In this document: piece after piece, positions 11,050-23,269 of the stretch
How positions within the stretch are numbered: the first letter of the stretch is position 1
Layout: every line of letters begins with the position of its first letter
Source of the DNA: Macrostomum lignano
Taxonomy: Eukaryota
Direction: 5' to 3'
DNA length: 39,495 nucleotides
Assembly: GCA_002269645.1 (NCBI GenBank)
Contig: NIVC01004648.1
Span: forward strand, 1 to 39,495
The notes under the pieces: model-generated
The model's input: the letters and a program-made list of their open reading frames with translations, nothing else
Told to the model about the DNA's origin: nothing
The model's database searches: none
Program-made: the position numbers and the translations under genes

Positions 11050-14000
11050 CTTCAATTGGCTTCGATGGGGGCGCATAGCAAAGGAGAATGAGCTGGAGGA
11101 GGAGAAAGACGAGGGGAAAAAGAGCGAACGAAGGCTTGAAGTTGAGACTGGAAGCGGGCAGGCTCAGAGATTAGCCTCAAGTATTTGGGGTTGATTTCGG
11201 GTGTCCCAGGGGTGCCGTCCGTTATCCCCAAGCCGGACCACACCGCCTCTTGCCCCCGCCCTGGGTCCATCAGCGCAACTAAGCAACCATGCACCTACCT
11301 AACCTTCCCACCCAATTCCGCTCCCCGATTTCTTCCCCAGTTCGCCAATCTCTTTCTCTGCTATCTGCCTTTCCTTCTTGTCATAACGGGTGTCGGACAC
11401 GTTACAGCAGTCGCGCGCTTTCAGTCCAGTCTCCGAGCCGAGCGCGAGGTTCCGTCATCATCATCTCTTTCAAATCCCTTCCTCGTTTTCTGTCCTGTCA
11501 TTTATGTTTCGATTGCGCCCCAAGTCTTTATTTTTTAATGTCCCGTCTCCTCCCCTCCCTCTCTCAAGCTCACAGAAATTAGAAAGCCGAAAGCAGAAAG
11601 AAGAAAGCGGCGGCCTCACAAAGCAGTAACAGGCGCTGCAGCAGCAGCAGCGGAGGTGACGCGAAGCGCAATCAAGAGAGAGAGAGAGAGAGAGAGAGGA
11701 AGGTCGCGCTTCACAACCCGGCTAGCCCAGCCATAGAGAAGGGTTGAGGATGCGTGTGGGCCCCGCAAGGCTGGGTGGGAATCGGGGAAAGGCGGCTAGG
11801 GTTTGGGGTGGCGGATTTAGCCTCTCGGATTCCCGCACCGGCGGCTGCGGCAGCAGACGGGAGGTGACGGGGGAAGGGGGGGTTGGAGCTGCGCGGCGCG
11901 GGCCAAGCAAGCAGGCAGGCAGGCAGGCGGGCAGGCCGTCAGAATTAATGGGCTGATCGAGCAGTTGCGGACGCGGCGGACCCAAGCGAGAGAAAAAAAG
12001 CGAGAGGGACAAGTCGGGGCCGTTGGGGGCGGGGACTGGGATAGGCAGGGCAGGCTGACTGCCTGGCTGGCGGCCGAGGCGAAGGGCCGGGCAGCGGGGC
12101 GGGAATTTGGCGCGCCATCGAGATTAGAGCGAAAGACGGCTTGAGGCTTAGGGGAGGGCAGATTGGGATTCTGGGCCTGGCAGGAGAGCGCAGCGTCTGC
12201 ACCCCCCCCCTGTGCGCCTTATCCACCGACCCGACGGCCACCCACTCCAGATCCCCTTCAACTGCCCCCGGCCCTGAGGGCTCCCACACAAAGCAGCCTC
12301 TCCTCGCGAGTCCCGCCCCACCCAGAAAGATTTTGACGCGACCGCGCATAATTTGCGACTGGCTGACTTTGCGACTGGCAGAGAAAGAGAGAAATGACTT
12401 CTCGAAGCGTCGTTGGAGAACTGAGCGCCAAATTGTCGGTCAAGTCTCATTGGTGGTGATGGAACCCCGTTTCAATTTGACAAGCTCATGGCCTTTTCTC
12501 GCCTTAGCAAATCATTTATTGGTAAATTTCGAACGATTCTCCAGCGAGCCGATCTGTGGTGACGTGTTCAAGTTTAATAGGCTGGCAACGCGCTTCGAGT
12601 GGATTGTTTTGGGGGCATTAATTTAACTTCTGCTTGCACACGGTGGCCTCCGAGTCGCAGAGCAGTGAGGAGGCCTGGAGACGGTGGGGTAGGGGGAAGA
12701 TCAGATCAGGCCCAGCGGGGGATGAGGGAGGATGGGATTGTGAGCGGATCTCCAAGGCCAGTGGGTCGAGTGTCTGCCTGTGTGGCGGGAGGGGTGGCGG
12801 CAGCAGCTGCTGCATGCGGGCTTCCGAGCGGGCGCGGCCGACTCTGCGGGGAGCAGCTGCGAAGCCCCGGCCACCGGCCCGACCTCTCGCAGTCGCTGAA
12901 GCAGCAAAGCATGGCAAAACCGGCAGTGACTGACTGACTGGCTGTAGGGGAAGGGGGCTGGCTAGATGGATTGGCGGCTCGAGTCCGTTGGCCACTCGCT
13001 GCGCAGAAACGAGCGCTCGCGACTGGCGCGCACACACCACAAGCAATGGTTTGCTTTAGCTCTAGCTAATCCCGCAGCCCGGCCGCGCTTCTGGCTCAAT
13101 TCATTCATTCAACCTGTGATGTGGCGAGTGGCGAGCGAGCTAGCATGAGTGTGTGTGTGCGTGTGTGCGCGAGCGAGCGCCTGTCTGGCAGGCAGCCCTG
13201 CTAAGCCCCCACGGCAGACGCAGAAAGAAAGAAGGAAATAAACGGAAGGCAAGGCGGGACGCCGGAGAACAAGAAACGGCCGGAGCCGCGAGCTCTGGAG
13301 AGAGAGAGAGAGGGGATGACGCAGTCCCTCAGTCTGTCCTGCAGCTCCCTGCCCCAGCCTCCGCCTCATCACTAATTTATGGCAGCGGGTCTCAACGCGC
13401 TCAGCGACTCGAACAGAGAGAGAGAGATCTAGAGGGGGAGAGAGAGGGCGGAAACTCAATCAATCCCGCCTCTGCCGCCGCTACTGAAGTCGGCGCGCAG
13501 TCTTCTGACTTCCTCGCTCTCTTTTTCCCCTTTTATTGTTCCCAAATCTTTGCCTGTCTGTTGGTTACTCTGTTTCTGGCAGAGAGAGAGAGAAATGTGT
13601 AAAAGCGATCGGACTTAGCAAAATGCCTAGTGTGAATCGCTCTCACTTGCAATATAGGAGAGGATTGAACGGCCAGAATTTACTCAGAGTAAGGCAAGCC
13701 CCAGGTTAAAGAGGAAAGGAGACACGCAAGCAGCTGCGCTTTGGTTTCGGCCTGCCCAATCTGCTCTCCTTAGTAGCTAAGCTATCCCTTCCTCTTCCGC
13801 ACCAAGTAGCGCGCGCGCGTGGCCGCGGCCGGTCGCATCCCAGCGAGTCTCTGCAGCCTCCTTCCTCATCTAAAACATGCCCCCAATCTGCGCTCCCCCG
13901 AGCGCTTTGTAAATCCCCTCTGCGTCTCAGCTCAGAGGAGAGAAGGCTCGAGGACGAACCCGTTGTTGGGCCAGGAGAAGTCTTCCTCTTCGTTCCCTAT

Positions 14001-14750
14001 ATTTTTTATCCCGCGGCAGCGGCAACGGCAGCGGCGGCGGCTGCGGCCACGGCGGGGTCGGCATGCGGGCCAGAGTCTCTTCTTCTCCATCATCTCGCCA
14101 GGGGGCGGGTGGATGGATGGGCCCCGCTTGCATATAGCCAGGGGTGACGGTTGCGGCGAAAGTAGGGACGGGGAGAAAAGAGAAGAGCACAAGAGAGAAG
14201 GCATGGAGCGAGAGAGCCAGAGGGAGGAGGCAGGCAGGCAGGCAGCGAGGCAATTTTCAAGGAAGTGGAAGCGCGCCGAAAGACAGACAGGCCGCGAAAG
14301 GGGGCGGGCGGGCGGCAGGGGAAACGCGACAGGACAGCAGCGGCAGCGGCAGCAGCAGTCGGTGAGAGGGGCAGGCGGGCAAGCAAGCAAAAGTAAAGAG
14401 AGCGCCAGTGCCGTGAGGCATGCAGCACAGCGGGAGGCAGGATATAGGAGCAATTGACCCGCGCAGACGCAATAGGGACTGGGGGGCTGCGAGAGCGCAT
14501 CGCATGCGGCCGAGAGGAGGCCGACCACTTCTTCTGCAAGGCCAAGTGGATTCTTTAGGGCGCGCGAGCGGGCGGGAGAGCGAGAGAGGAAGAGGAGAGG
14601 AGAGTGGCAGGAGACAGTCGCCCCCCCCCGCATCGGTGTGTGAGCACTTCGCTCTATGCCTATGCCTACTGTCTGCGTGTGCCGTGTGCTCTGCCGTTTG
14701 ATGACGTCGTTCAAAAATTGCAGAAACCCATTATTATTGAAATTTTTACT
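11050..14750. promoter_or_regulatory. Second large GC/CpG-rich, purine/pyrimidine-tract non-coding block (putative regulatory region or 5' end of an unidentified transcript)
   Basis: Composition only. Many short low-complexity ORFs, none with a recognisable domain. Confidence 0.35.
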
Positions 14751-14812
14751 TTGATTTTTGTAAACCAGCGAATGTCTGTGCTATCAGTTACTTTCCTTTT
14801 TTAGTAGTATAG

Positions 14813-15386
14813 ACCAGTTCATTGATAGATTGATAACCTCACCAGTTCATTGATAGATTGATAACCTCACCAGTTCATTGATAGATTGATAACCTCACCA
14901 GTTCATTGATAGATTGATAACCTCACCAGTTCATTGATAGATTGATAACCTCACCAGTTCATTGATAAATTGATAACCTCACCAGTTCATTGATAGATTG
15001 ATAACCTCACCAGTTCATTGATAGATTGATAACCTCACCAGTTCATTGATAGATTGATAACCTAACCGGTTCATTAATAGGTTGATAACCTAATCAGTTC
15101 ATTGATAGATTGATAACCTCACCAGTTCATTGATAGATTGATAACCTCACCAGTTCATTGATAGATTTATAACCTAAACAGTTCATTGATAGATTGATAA
15201 CCTAAACAGTTCATTGATAGATTGATAACCTCACCAGTTCATTGATAGATTGATAACCTCACCAGTTCATTGATAGATTTATAACCTAAACAGTTCATTG
15301 ATAGATTTATAACCTAAACAGTTCATTGATAGATTGATAACCTAAACAGTTCATTGATAGATTGATAACCTCATCAGTTCATTGAT
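14813..15386. repeat. 28-bp minisatellite (accagttcattgatagattgataacctc), about 20 copies
   Basis: Direct reading. Confidence 0.97.
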
Positions 15387-15780
15387 TAACTGGCTCAAGT
15401 GTTCGCTGCCAAGCTAAAAAACAGGTAAAAACGAGACTAAAAACGATTTCACAGCAAAATTTCGAATTATATTCGAAGATAACAATAAAAAAACATTAAA
15501 CACATAATTTTGTATAATAATAAGGACACACAGTTTTAAATAATAGGAACGAGTTTCGAGAAATATTCATATTTAATTTAGCCATAAAATTCTGCAAAAC
15601 AAATGAAGTTAAGATACAAGACCATGGCATGGCACATAGCAAAAATGGAACAACAATAATGTAAGTTACAATAATAAATGTATATATAATTCTAAAACAT
15701 GATAAATACAGAAAATGGCGCTTAGTACAAAGTGACATTCTGGGTGTTACTTTTGTTACTGAAGAAAGTGCATTATCTAC

Positions 15781-16314
15781 CGCCACTGCCAGCTCACACC
15801 TGAGCCCTCTGTGGCGCCACTGCCAGCCCACACCTGTGCTTTCCTGTGGCGCCACTGCCAGCCCACACCTGTGCTTTCCTGTGGCGCCACTGCCAGCTCA
15901 CACCTGAGCCCTCTGTGGCGCCACTGCCAGCCCACACCTGAGCTTTCCTGTGGCGCCACTGCCAGCTCACACCTGAGCCCTCTGTGGCGCCACTGCCAGC
16001 CCACACCTGAGCTTTCCTGTGGCGCCACTGCCAGCCCACACCTGTGCCCTCTGTAGCGCCACTGCCAGCCCACACCTGTGCCCTCTGTGGCGCCACTGCC
16101 AGCCCACACCTGAGCCCTCTGTGGCGCCACTGCCAGCCCACACCTGAGCCCTCTGTGGCGCCACTGCCAGCCCACACCTGAGCCCTCTGTGGCGCCACTG
16201 CCAGACCACACCTGTGCCCTCTGTGGCGCCACTGCCAGCCCACACCTGTGCCCTCTGTGGCGCCACTGCCAGCCCACACCTGAGCCCTCTGTGGCGCCAC
16301 TGCCAGCCCACCTG
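15781..16314. repeat. 34-bp minisatellite (cgccactgccagcccacacctgagccctctgtgg), about 16 copies
   Basis: Direct reading. Each junction forms the palindrome GTGGCGCCAC. There are no spacers, so it is not CRISPR. Confidence 0.97.
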
Positions 16315-16865
16315 CCTCTAAGCTAAAATCTGAGAGCATTAGCTTGCAGATAAGATCAAATCTAATTAACGCACAGCCGCGCACCTGATACAAGCCATCT
16401 GTCCCAGGCTCCAACTGGGAATTATGGTACCACCCCCAACACTCCTAACCCTTCACACTTTTTAGCTCGGAAGCCAGACAAAAAGCCAGACGGAACCAGC
16501 AGCACAGATTTAATTTCACACACAACCGCTGCGTCCCACAAGGAAACCGCGGAAACCAAAAACCTGGAGATTTAAACTATTCCGGAAACCCCTATTTTTG
16601 AGACAGGAGCAGGCCTAGTGGCTGATATGGTGTGGCTGTTTCATAATACCTAAACATCGCTTAAAAGCCTCAAACATCCAGTTTCATAACACCCAGGTAA
16701 GATGCAAAGAAGAGATTTGGTCAATTGCAAAGAAAGCATTGCAGACGGGACACATTGAACTGTTTATTGCTGGTTCAGTCTTATAATGCTTTTACAACTG
16801 AAGAAGCAAAGGACGCCAGTTCGCGTTTGACCCCTGCTTCGACTGTTTTTCCTCATACGCTCATA

Positions 16866-16939
16866 TCACAAGAACGGATTGTGATTCGACAGCTGCGGAG
16901 GTGCCGGCTGCGGCGACGCAATGAACGGATTGTTGGAAG
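16866..16939 (-). CDS. EPN: Epsin, last coding exon (two NPF motifs); not in the ORF track
   Basis: Acceptor aatttcag|, phase 1. Reads (A)SNNPFIASPQPAPPQLSNHNPFL*, the typical epsin NPFL C-terminus. An AATAAA follows on the minus strand at 16768-16763. Confidence 0.85.
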
Positions 16940-17049
16940 CTGAAATTGTTGCGCAAAATCAAAGCACGCTATATATACTACTGGCGATACGATAGTAGTC
17001 TGTTAATATATGCAAGATATATATACATGTACGCTAAAATATTTGTATT

Positions 17050-17193
17050 GATTAGATAGTTAGTTGGTAAATTAGTTAGTAAATTAGTAAACTAGTTAGT
17101 TACTTAGTTAGTTCATTAGTCAATTAATTAGTTAGTTATTTAGTTTGTCAGTCAGTTAGTTAGTCAGTTATTTAGTTAGTTAGTTAGTTAGTC

Positions 17194-17232
<39 letters not shown>

Positions 17233-17272
17233 CAGTTAGTTAGTTAGTTAGTTAGTTAATTAGTTAGTTAGC

Positions 17273-17303
<31 letters not shown>

Positions 17304-17312
17304 CTAGTTAGC

Positions 17313-17355
<43 letters not shown>

Positions 17356-17356
17356 C

Positions 17357-17423
<67 letters not shown>

Positions 17424-17468
17424 CTAGTTAGTTAGTTAGCTAGTTAGCTAGTTAGTTAGTTAGTTAGC

Positions 17469-17503
<35 letters not shown>

Positions 17504-17560
17504 CTAGTTAGTTAGTTAGCTAGTTAGTTAGTTAGCTAGTTAGCTAGTTAGTTAGTTAGC

Positions 17561-17591
<31 letters not shown>

Positions 17592-17796
17592 CTAGTTAGT
17601 TAGTTAGCTAGTTAGTTAGCTAGTTAGTTAGTTAGCTAGCTAGTTAGTTAGTTAGTTAGTTAGTTAGCTAGTTAGTTAGTTAGTTAGCTAGTTAGTTAGT
17701 TAGCTAGTTAGCTAGTTAGTTAGTTAGCTAGTTAGTTAGTTAGTTAGTTAGTTAGCTAGTTAGTTAGTTAGTTAGCTAGCTAGTTAGTTAGTTAGC

Positions 17797-17831
<35 letters not shown>

Positions 17832-17948
17832 CTAGTTAGTTAGTTAGCTAGTTAGTTAGTTAGTTAGTTAGCTAGTTAGTTAGTTAGCTAGTTAGTTAGT
17901 TAGCTAGCTAGTTAGTTAGTTAGTTAGTTAGCTAGTTAGTTAGTTAGC

Positions 17949-17987
<39 letters not shown>

Positions 17988-17988
17988 C

Positions 17989-18055
<67 letters not shown>

Positions 18056-18104
18056 CTAGCTAGTTAGTTAGTTAGTTAGCTAGCTAGTTAGATAGCTAGC
18101 TAGC
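17050..18104. repeat. (TTAG)n microsatellite with CTAG variants, about 1 kb, in epsin intron 3
   Basis: Direct reading. Confidence 0.98.
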
Positions 18105-18325
18105 AGTCATTCCGATTCCACTGACTCTGGCCTGAGCACGCACAGAAGGTTGGCCGCTTTCTCATCGTCGTCAGCATGTACACTCTGTAGGGGGCTTGGC
18201 CCTCATAGGCTGAGATGGCATGCCATCTACCAGGCCCATGCTCAGTAAGAGTCTCAAATGAATGAGCCCGCTCGCGGAATCGAACCAGGGGACCAAAGCT
18301 CCAGAGCTCCAATGCTTGAAATTCG
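18102..18325 (-). mobile_element. Possible tRNA-derived SINE-like fragment ending in a (CTAG/CTAA)n tail
   Basis: The minus strand has a B-box-type GGTCCCCTGGTTCGATTCC at about 18294-18276, a GC-rich body, and runs directly into the microsatellite. No convincing A box and no cloverleaf. Confidence 0.3.
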
Positions 18326-18908
18326 TGCAGGTGAAAAACGATGGGCCGGGGGGGGGGGGGCTTGGCGAAATGTTTGACAGCGGCGGCGGGGCTCGAGGGG
18401 AAATGATGAACTGGGATGGAGGGATGATAGAATGAAAAAACAGCGCGGGACCGAATCGAGCCCTTGTTGGATTGGGGGAGCAAAATCCTGACAGGCTCGA
18501 CCCGTGTGGCCAAGGGAAAAGTAGATAGGGACTGGGGACGCGCGCGGGATATTTCCCTCTGCCTCCTCCCCGCCGCCCAAGACTCGCACAGCGAGTTGAG
18601 CCGGTCTGGTCATTGATCAAATTGATCTCCCCGGGATAGGCGGTCGAGAGAGAAGAGTCGGGGATCGATGCTGGCTAACTTTTTTAGTCCGAATCTGGTT
18701 TGGTAGGCTCGGCATCAGAGCAGAATTTCTCAGTCAGCCAGTTTGACCATTAAAAAGTCTGGACCGCTGTACAACGATCCTGTATCCGTGCGGTTCCGTG
18801 TGGTCTGCGCGCTCAGGCGTCAGCGGAATGAGCATGACTGCTTGCCTCCTAGCTGACTGCTGGTGTACTGACGCCTTGATTGCGTGCGTCAGTGCTCACA
18901 GCACCGAA

Positions 18909-18932
18909 ACTAACTTACTAACTGACTAACTG

Positions 18933-18983
<51 letters not shown>

Positions 18984-18984
18984 G

Positions 18985-19031
<47 letters not shown>

Positions 19032-19044
19032 GACTAACTAACTG

Positions 19045-19089
<45 letters not shown>

Positions 19090-19100
19090 TTAACTCACTG

Positions 19101-19171
<71 letters not shown>

Positions 19172-19172
19172 G

Positions 19173-19205
<33 letters not shown>

Positions 19206-19631
19206 TTAACTCACTGACTAACTAACTAACTAACTAATTAACTCACTAACTAACTAACTAACTAACTAACTGACGAACTAACTGACTAACTAACTAACTT
19301 AAATAACTAACTGACTATTTAACTAACTAACTAACTAACTAACTGACTAACTAACTAACTAACTAACTGACTAACTAACTAACTAACTGACGAACTAACT
19401 GACTAACTAACTTACTAACTGACTAACTAACTAACTTAAATAACTAACTGACTATTTAACTAACTAACTAACTAACTAACTAACTGACGAACTAACTGAC
19501 TAACTAACTTACTAACTGACTAACTAACTAACTTAAATAACTAACTGACTATTTAACTAACTAACTAACTAAGTAACTAACTGACTAACTAACTAACTAA
19601 CTAACTGACTAACTAACTAACTAACTAACTG

Positions 19632-19702
<71 letters not shown>

Positions 19703-19759
19703 TAACTAACTAACTGACTAACTAACTAACTAACTAACTAACTTAACTAACTAACTGAT

Positions 19760-19794
<35 letters not shown>

Positions 19795-19875
19795 TTAACT
19801 AACAAACAAACAAACAAACAAACAAACAAACAAATTAATTAACGAACTAACCAACTGACTAACTAAATAACTAAA
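18909..19875. repeat. (CTAA)n microsatellite with CTGA variants, about 1 kb; reverse complement of the 17050-18104 array
   Basis: Direct reading. Confidence 0.98.
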
Positions 19876-20368
19876 ACAAACGAAGATAAATACTTCATAG
19901 ACTCAAGCACTAATCTGAGTTGCAAGCAACCAGCAAATCTCACCAATTAAACTAGTTGAAGGCGCATTAACAGCAAGTCCTGTCGATGCTGCACTGTGTG
20001 GTTCACTGGTTACCAATGGAGGCAGGGCAACTGTGGTAGCCCAAGGGTCGCCGAATCCCAGGCCCGCTGAGAAATATAAATAGATAACGTTTCGTATGAC
20101 AAGTGCATTCTACATATCGGAAACAAAAAAGGCCGTTCACCTATGAAAAATCGACCAACCTTAAACATACTACTTACATGTCCCAATTTGCGCACCGAAC
20201 GGACTCGAGTCCCACGGCTCGAATGAGTCTGCAATTTGAAGACAGAATGGACTAGTGGACAATTCAAATCGTTTAAGGCATTAAATTATATAAATTATCA
20301 TAAGGCGATTAAAGCATAATCAATGTCCGCGGCTTTGATAAAAAATTGGCTCTGTAGACTTTAAGAAT

Positions 20369-21368
20369 ACTGGCGCCACTTTGATGGCACTAGCGCCACT
20401 TTGATGGCACTAGCGCCATTTTGATGACACTGGCGCCACTTTGATGGCACTAGCGCCACTTTGATGACACTGGAGCCACTTTGATGCACTAGCGCCCCTT
20501 TTAAGACACTAGCGCCACTTTCGAAGACACTAGTGCCATTTTGAAAGACACAAGCGCCGTTTTTGAAAACACTAGCGCCACTTTTAAGACACTAGCGCCA
20601 TTTTTGAAGACACTAGCGCCATTTTTGAAGACACTAGCGCCATTTTTGAAGACACTAGCGCCATTTTTGAAGACACTAGCGCCATTTTTAAGACATTAGC
20701 GCCATTTTTGAAGACATTAGCACCATTTTTGAAGACACTAGCGCCATTTTTGAAGACACTAGCGCCATTTTTGAAGACATTAGCGCCATTTTTGAAGACA
20801 TTAGCACCATTTTTGAAAACACTAGCGCCATTTTTTAAGACATTAGCGCCATTTTTGAAGACATTAGCACCATTTTTGAAAACACTAGCGCCATTTTTGA
20901 AGACACTAGCGCCATTTTTAAAGACATTAGCGCCATTTTTGAAGACATTAGCACCATTTTTGAAGACATTAGCGCCATTTTTGAAGACACTAGCGCCATT
21001 TTTGAAGACACTAGCGCCATTTTTGAAGACACTAGCGCCATTTTTAAGACATTAGCGCCATTTTTGAAGACACTAGCGCCATTTTTGAAGACACTAGCGC
21101 CATTTTTAAGACACTAGCGCCATTTTTGAAGACACTAGCGCCATTTTTAAGACATTAGCGCCATTTTTGAAGACATTAGCACCATTTTTGAAGACATTAG
21201 CGCCATTTTTTTAAGACACTAGCGCCATTTTTGAAGACACTAGCGCCATTTTTAAGACATTAGCGCCATTTTTGAAGACATTAGCACCATTTCTAAGAAA
21301 CTAGCGCCATTTTTAAAGACATTAGCGCCATTTTTAAAGACATTAGCGCCATTTTTGAAAACACTAGC
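20369..21368. repeat. 20-21-bp minisatellite (gacactagcgccatttttgaa), about 48 copies, in epsin intron 3
   Basis: Direct reading. It explains the KTLAPFL ORF. Confidence 0.97.
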
Positions 21369-21392
21369 CACTGAAAATGCCTAGCAACTCAC

Positions 21393-21567
21393 CAGCGCAC
21401 AAATCTGGAGGCTCTGGTGGTAATTCAGCGGTGTCGCAGTCAGGTCTGGAAGTGGCACCAACATTAGAGGCTGAGCCGATGCCATCGAAGGCTGATGCTG
21501 ACCAAGGATCTGGCGCGTTGGCTGGCGCAGCCGAGAGCGACACGTCGATTTGGCTCAGGTAGTCTAC
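21393..21567 (-). CDS. EPN: Epsin, coding exon 3 (DPW motif)
   Basis: Acceptor aaccag|GTAGAC, phase 0. Reads VDYLSQIDVSLSAAPANAPDPWSASAFDG..., containing the AP-2-binding DPW. Donor G|GTGAGT, phase 1. Confidence 0.8.
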
Positions 21568-22257
21568 CTGGTTAATTGACATTTTAATAAGCGAGACATG
21601 CTACTTATTAGTAATATTAATTTAACGAAGTTTTCAGTAAATAACACGAAAAACATGTTTACACACATTGAAATGTGTTAGAAAAGTCTACAAGTAACTT
21701 TAACGCGCCCTAGACGCTAAAAGTTGCGCTTCATTAGCCCTACAATAAGCGAGCAAAACTAGTGAGAAAAAATGGCAACCATATAATAAAACCATAAGCT
21801 TACATCTTGCTGCTGCTGTTTTGTGTTGGAATTTTCGCCTCTTTCGCGTCTCTGAAATAATTTACCAAAGAAATTTATTCTATATTAAGCCAAATTAAAG
21901 TCACTCTGATTAAATAAATTCACACAGGTGACAATTAATTGAAAACAGCAAATCATTAACAAAATATTGACAATATGAATTATAATACCCTGAAATAGAC
22001 AAGACATGCGTACAAGTGATACAGAAATTCAGATTATTATATCCAATACAAAATTTGTTGTATAGAATAACGTCTACAACTTGCATGCAAGTGGCAGGAG
22101 TCTTATCAATAAATTATCCGAATTTTTCTTAAACCAAGCATTACTGCATCAGTGCAGCAACCAACAGTGAAAGATGCTTTATGCAGGATGACAATTGCGA
22201 AATCCGGAAACAGTCTTCAATACTGCTGGAGTAAGTTAGGAGATAGCAAGTGGTGTG

Positions 22258-22400
22258 GAGAGGCAGGGAGTGAGGTGGCTGAGGGGATGGGTGGGGAGGG
22301 GCAGGGAGTGAGGTGGCTGCGGGGATGGGTATGGAGGGGCAGGGAGTGAGGTGGCTGTGGGGATGGGTGGGGAGAGGCAGGGAGTGAGGTGGCTTCAGGG
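22258..22400. repeat. About 35-bp G-rich degenerate repeat (gggagtgaggtggctg core), 4 copies, epsin intron 2
   Basis: Shares its core with the 48-bp unit in intron 1. Confidence 0.85.
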
Positions 22401-22843
22401 TTAGGTGGATCTGTAGCGTACAGTGAATAAAATCCAGTGAAACGGACAAAACTGACACGATACAGACAATAAAATCTTCAATAAAACCTAATTGAAGATG
22501 CAAAGCGGTTACTGTATTTTGAATATTTTAAAATCTGAAACTTTTTAAATGTCTACAGATGTTAAAATTTGAAAAATGTCAGAACAAAGCAGAGTGTTTA
22601 GTGCACTATACACAAGGCAGAGGACTTACTACTCCTGTAGAATTGAGCGGCGGCGGCATGCGAAGTGGCGCTAAAGTCTAGAAGAATTAAATTCAAATTT
22701 TTACTGTGCAAAAATATTCTATCGCGCAAATATTAAATAATAGTACTATCAGTAGAGAGGCCATAAAACAATAAAACCATTGGAATACAAAAACTGTAAA
22801 AAATATAATCATAGACAATAGACAAGTTACAATAACTTCGCAC

Positions 22844-23189
22844 CTCTTCTTCCAGTCTGCTTGCCTCAAGTACGCTCTGTAGTCGAAGCTCCTCGCGTTG
22901 CTGCTCTTCCTGGCGTAAATTGTACTCTTCGCGCGATACTTGCAAAGCTATTTCTAATTCTAAGTCGGCATCGATTGCGTCATCTGGAGCGGCAGGCAGA
23001 GGCTGCTTTGATTCCGCCTGCGGTGGCTGCTGCGACTGTCGCGGCGGTGAGTACGGAATATCTCGACTGTCGCCTCGCATTCTATTTTTAGCTTTGATAG
23101 CGCTGGCCCGTTCGGATTTTAATCGGTCGGGATCTTCTAAGAGGGCTATTAGCTTTGTAGCTTTGTCGCGAATGCTCTGAGCCGGATCT
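22844..23189 (-). CDS. EPN: Epsin, coding exon 2 (end of ENTH, two UIM-like motifs)
   Basis: Acceptor ctttctag|. Reads RDPAQSIRDKATKLIALLEDPDRLKSER (ENTH end), then LELEIALQVSREE and LRLQSVLEASRLE (UIM-like). Donor GAG|GTGCGA, phase 0. Confidence 0.9.
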
Positions 23190-23269
23190 CTAGAAAGGAC
23201 GGACGAATGAAGAAAAGTTGAGTAGGTGGTTTGGCTGATGTAAAATTGACGTCTTATGGCTAGGCCGGT

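Noticed and set aside
15781-16314. CRISPR-like palindromic repeats (also considered for the 26- and 28-bp arrays)
   Set aside because: No unique spacers, no cas genes, and a eukaryotic intron-containing context.
18262-18325. tRNA gene on the minus strand (GGTTCGATTCC)
   Set aside because: No acceptor stem, D arm or A box, and a poor T stem. Kept only as a SINE-like candidate.
17050-19875. Interstitial telomere fusion
   Set aside because: The unit is TTAG, not TTAGG or TTAGGG, and no true telomeric repeats are present.
20200-20220. ggactcgagtcccacgg, B-box-like palindrome
   Set aside because: Lacks GTTC and any surrounding tRNA structure.
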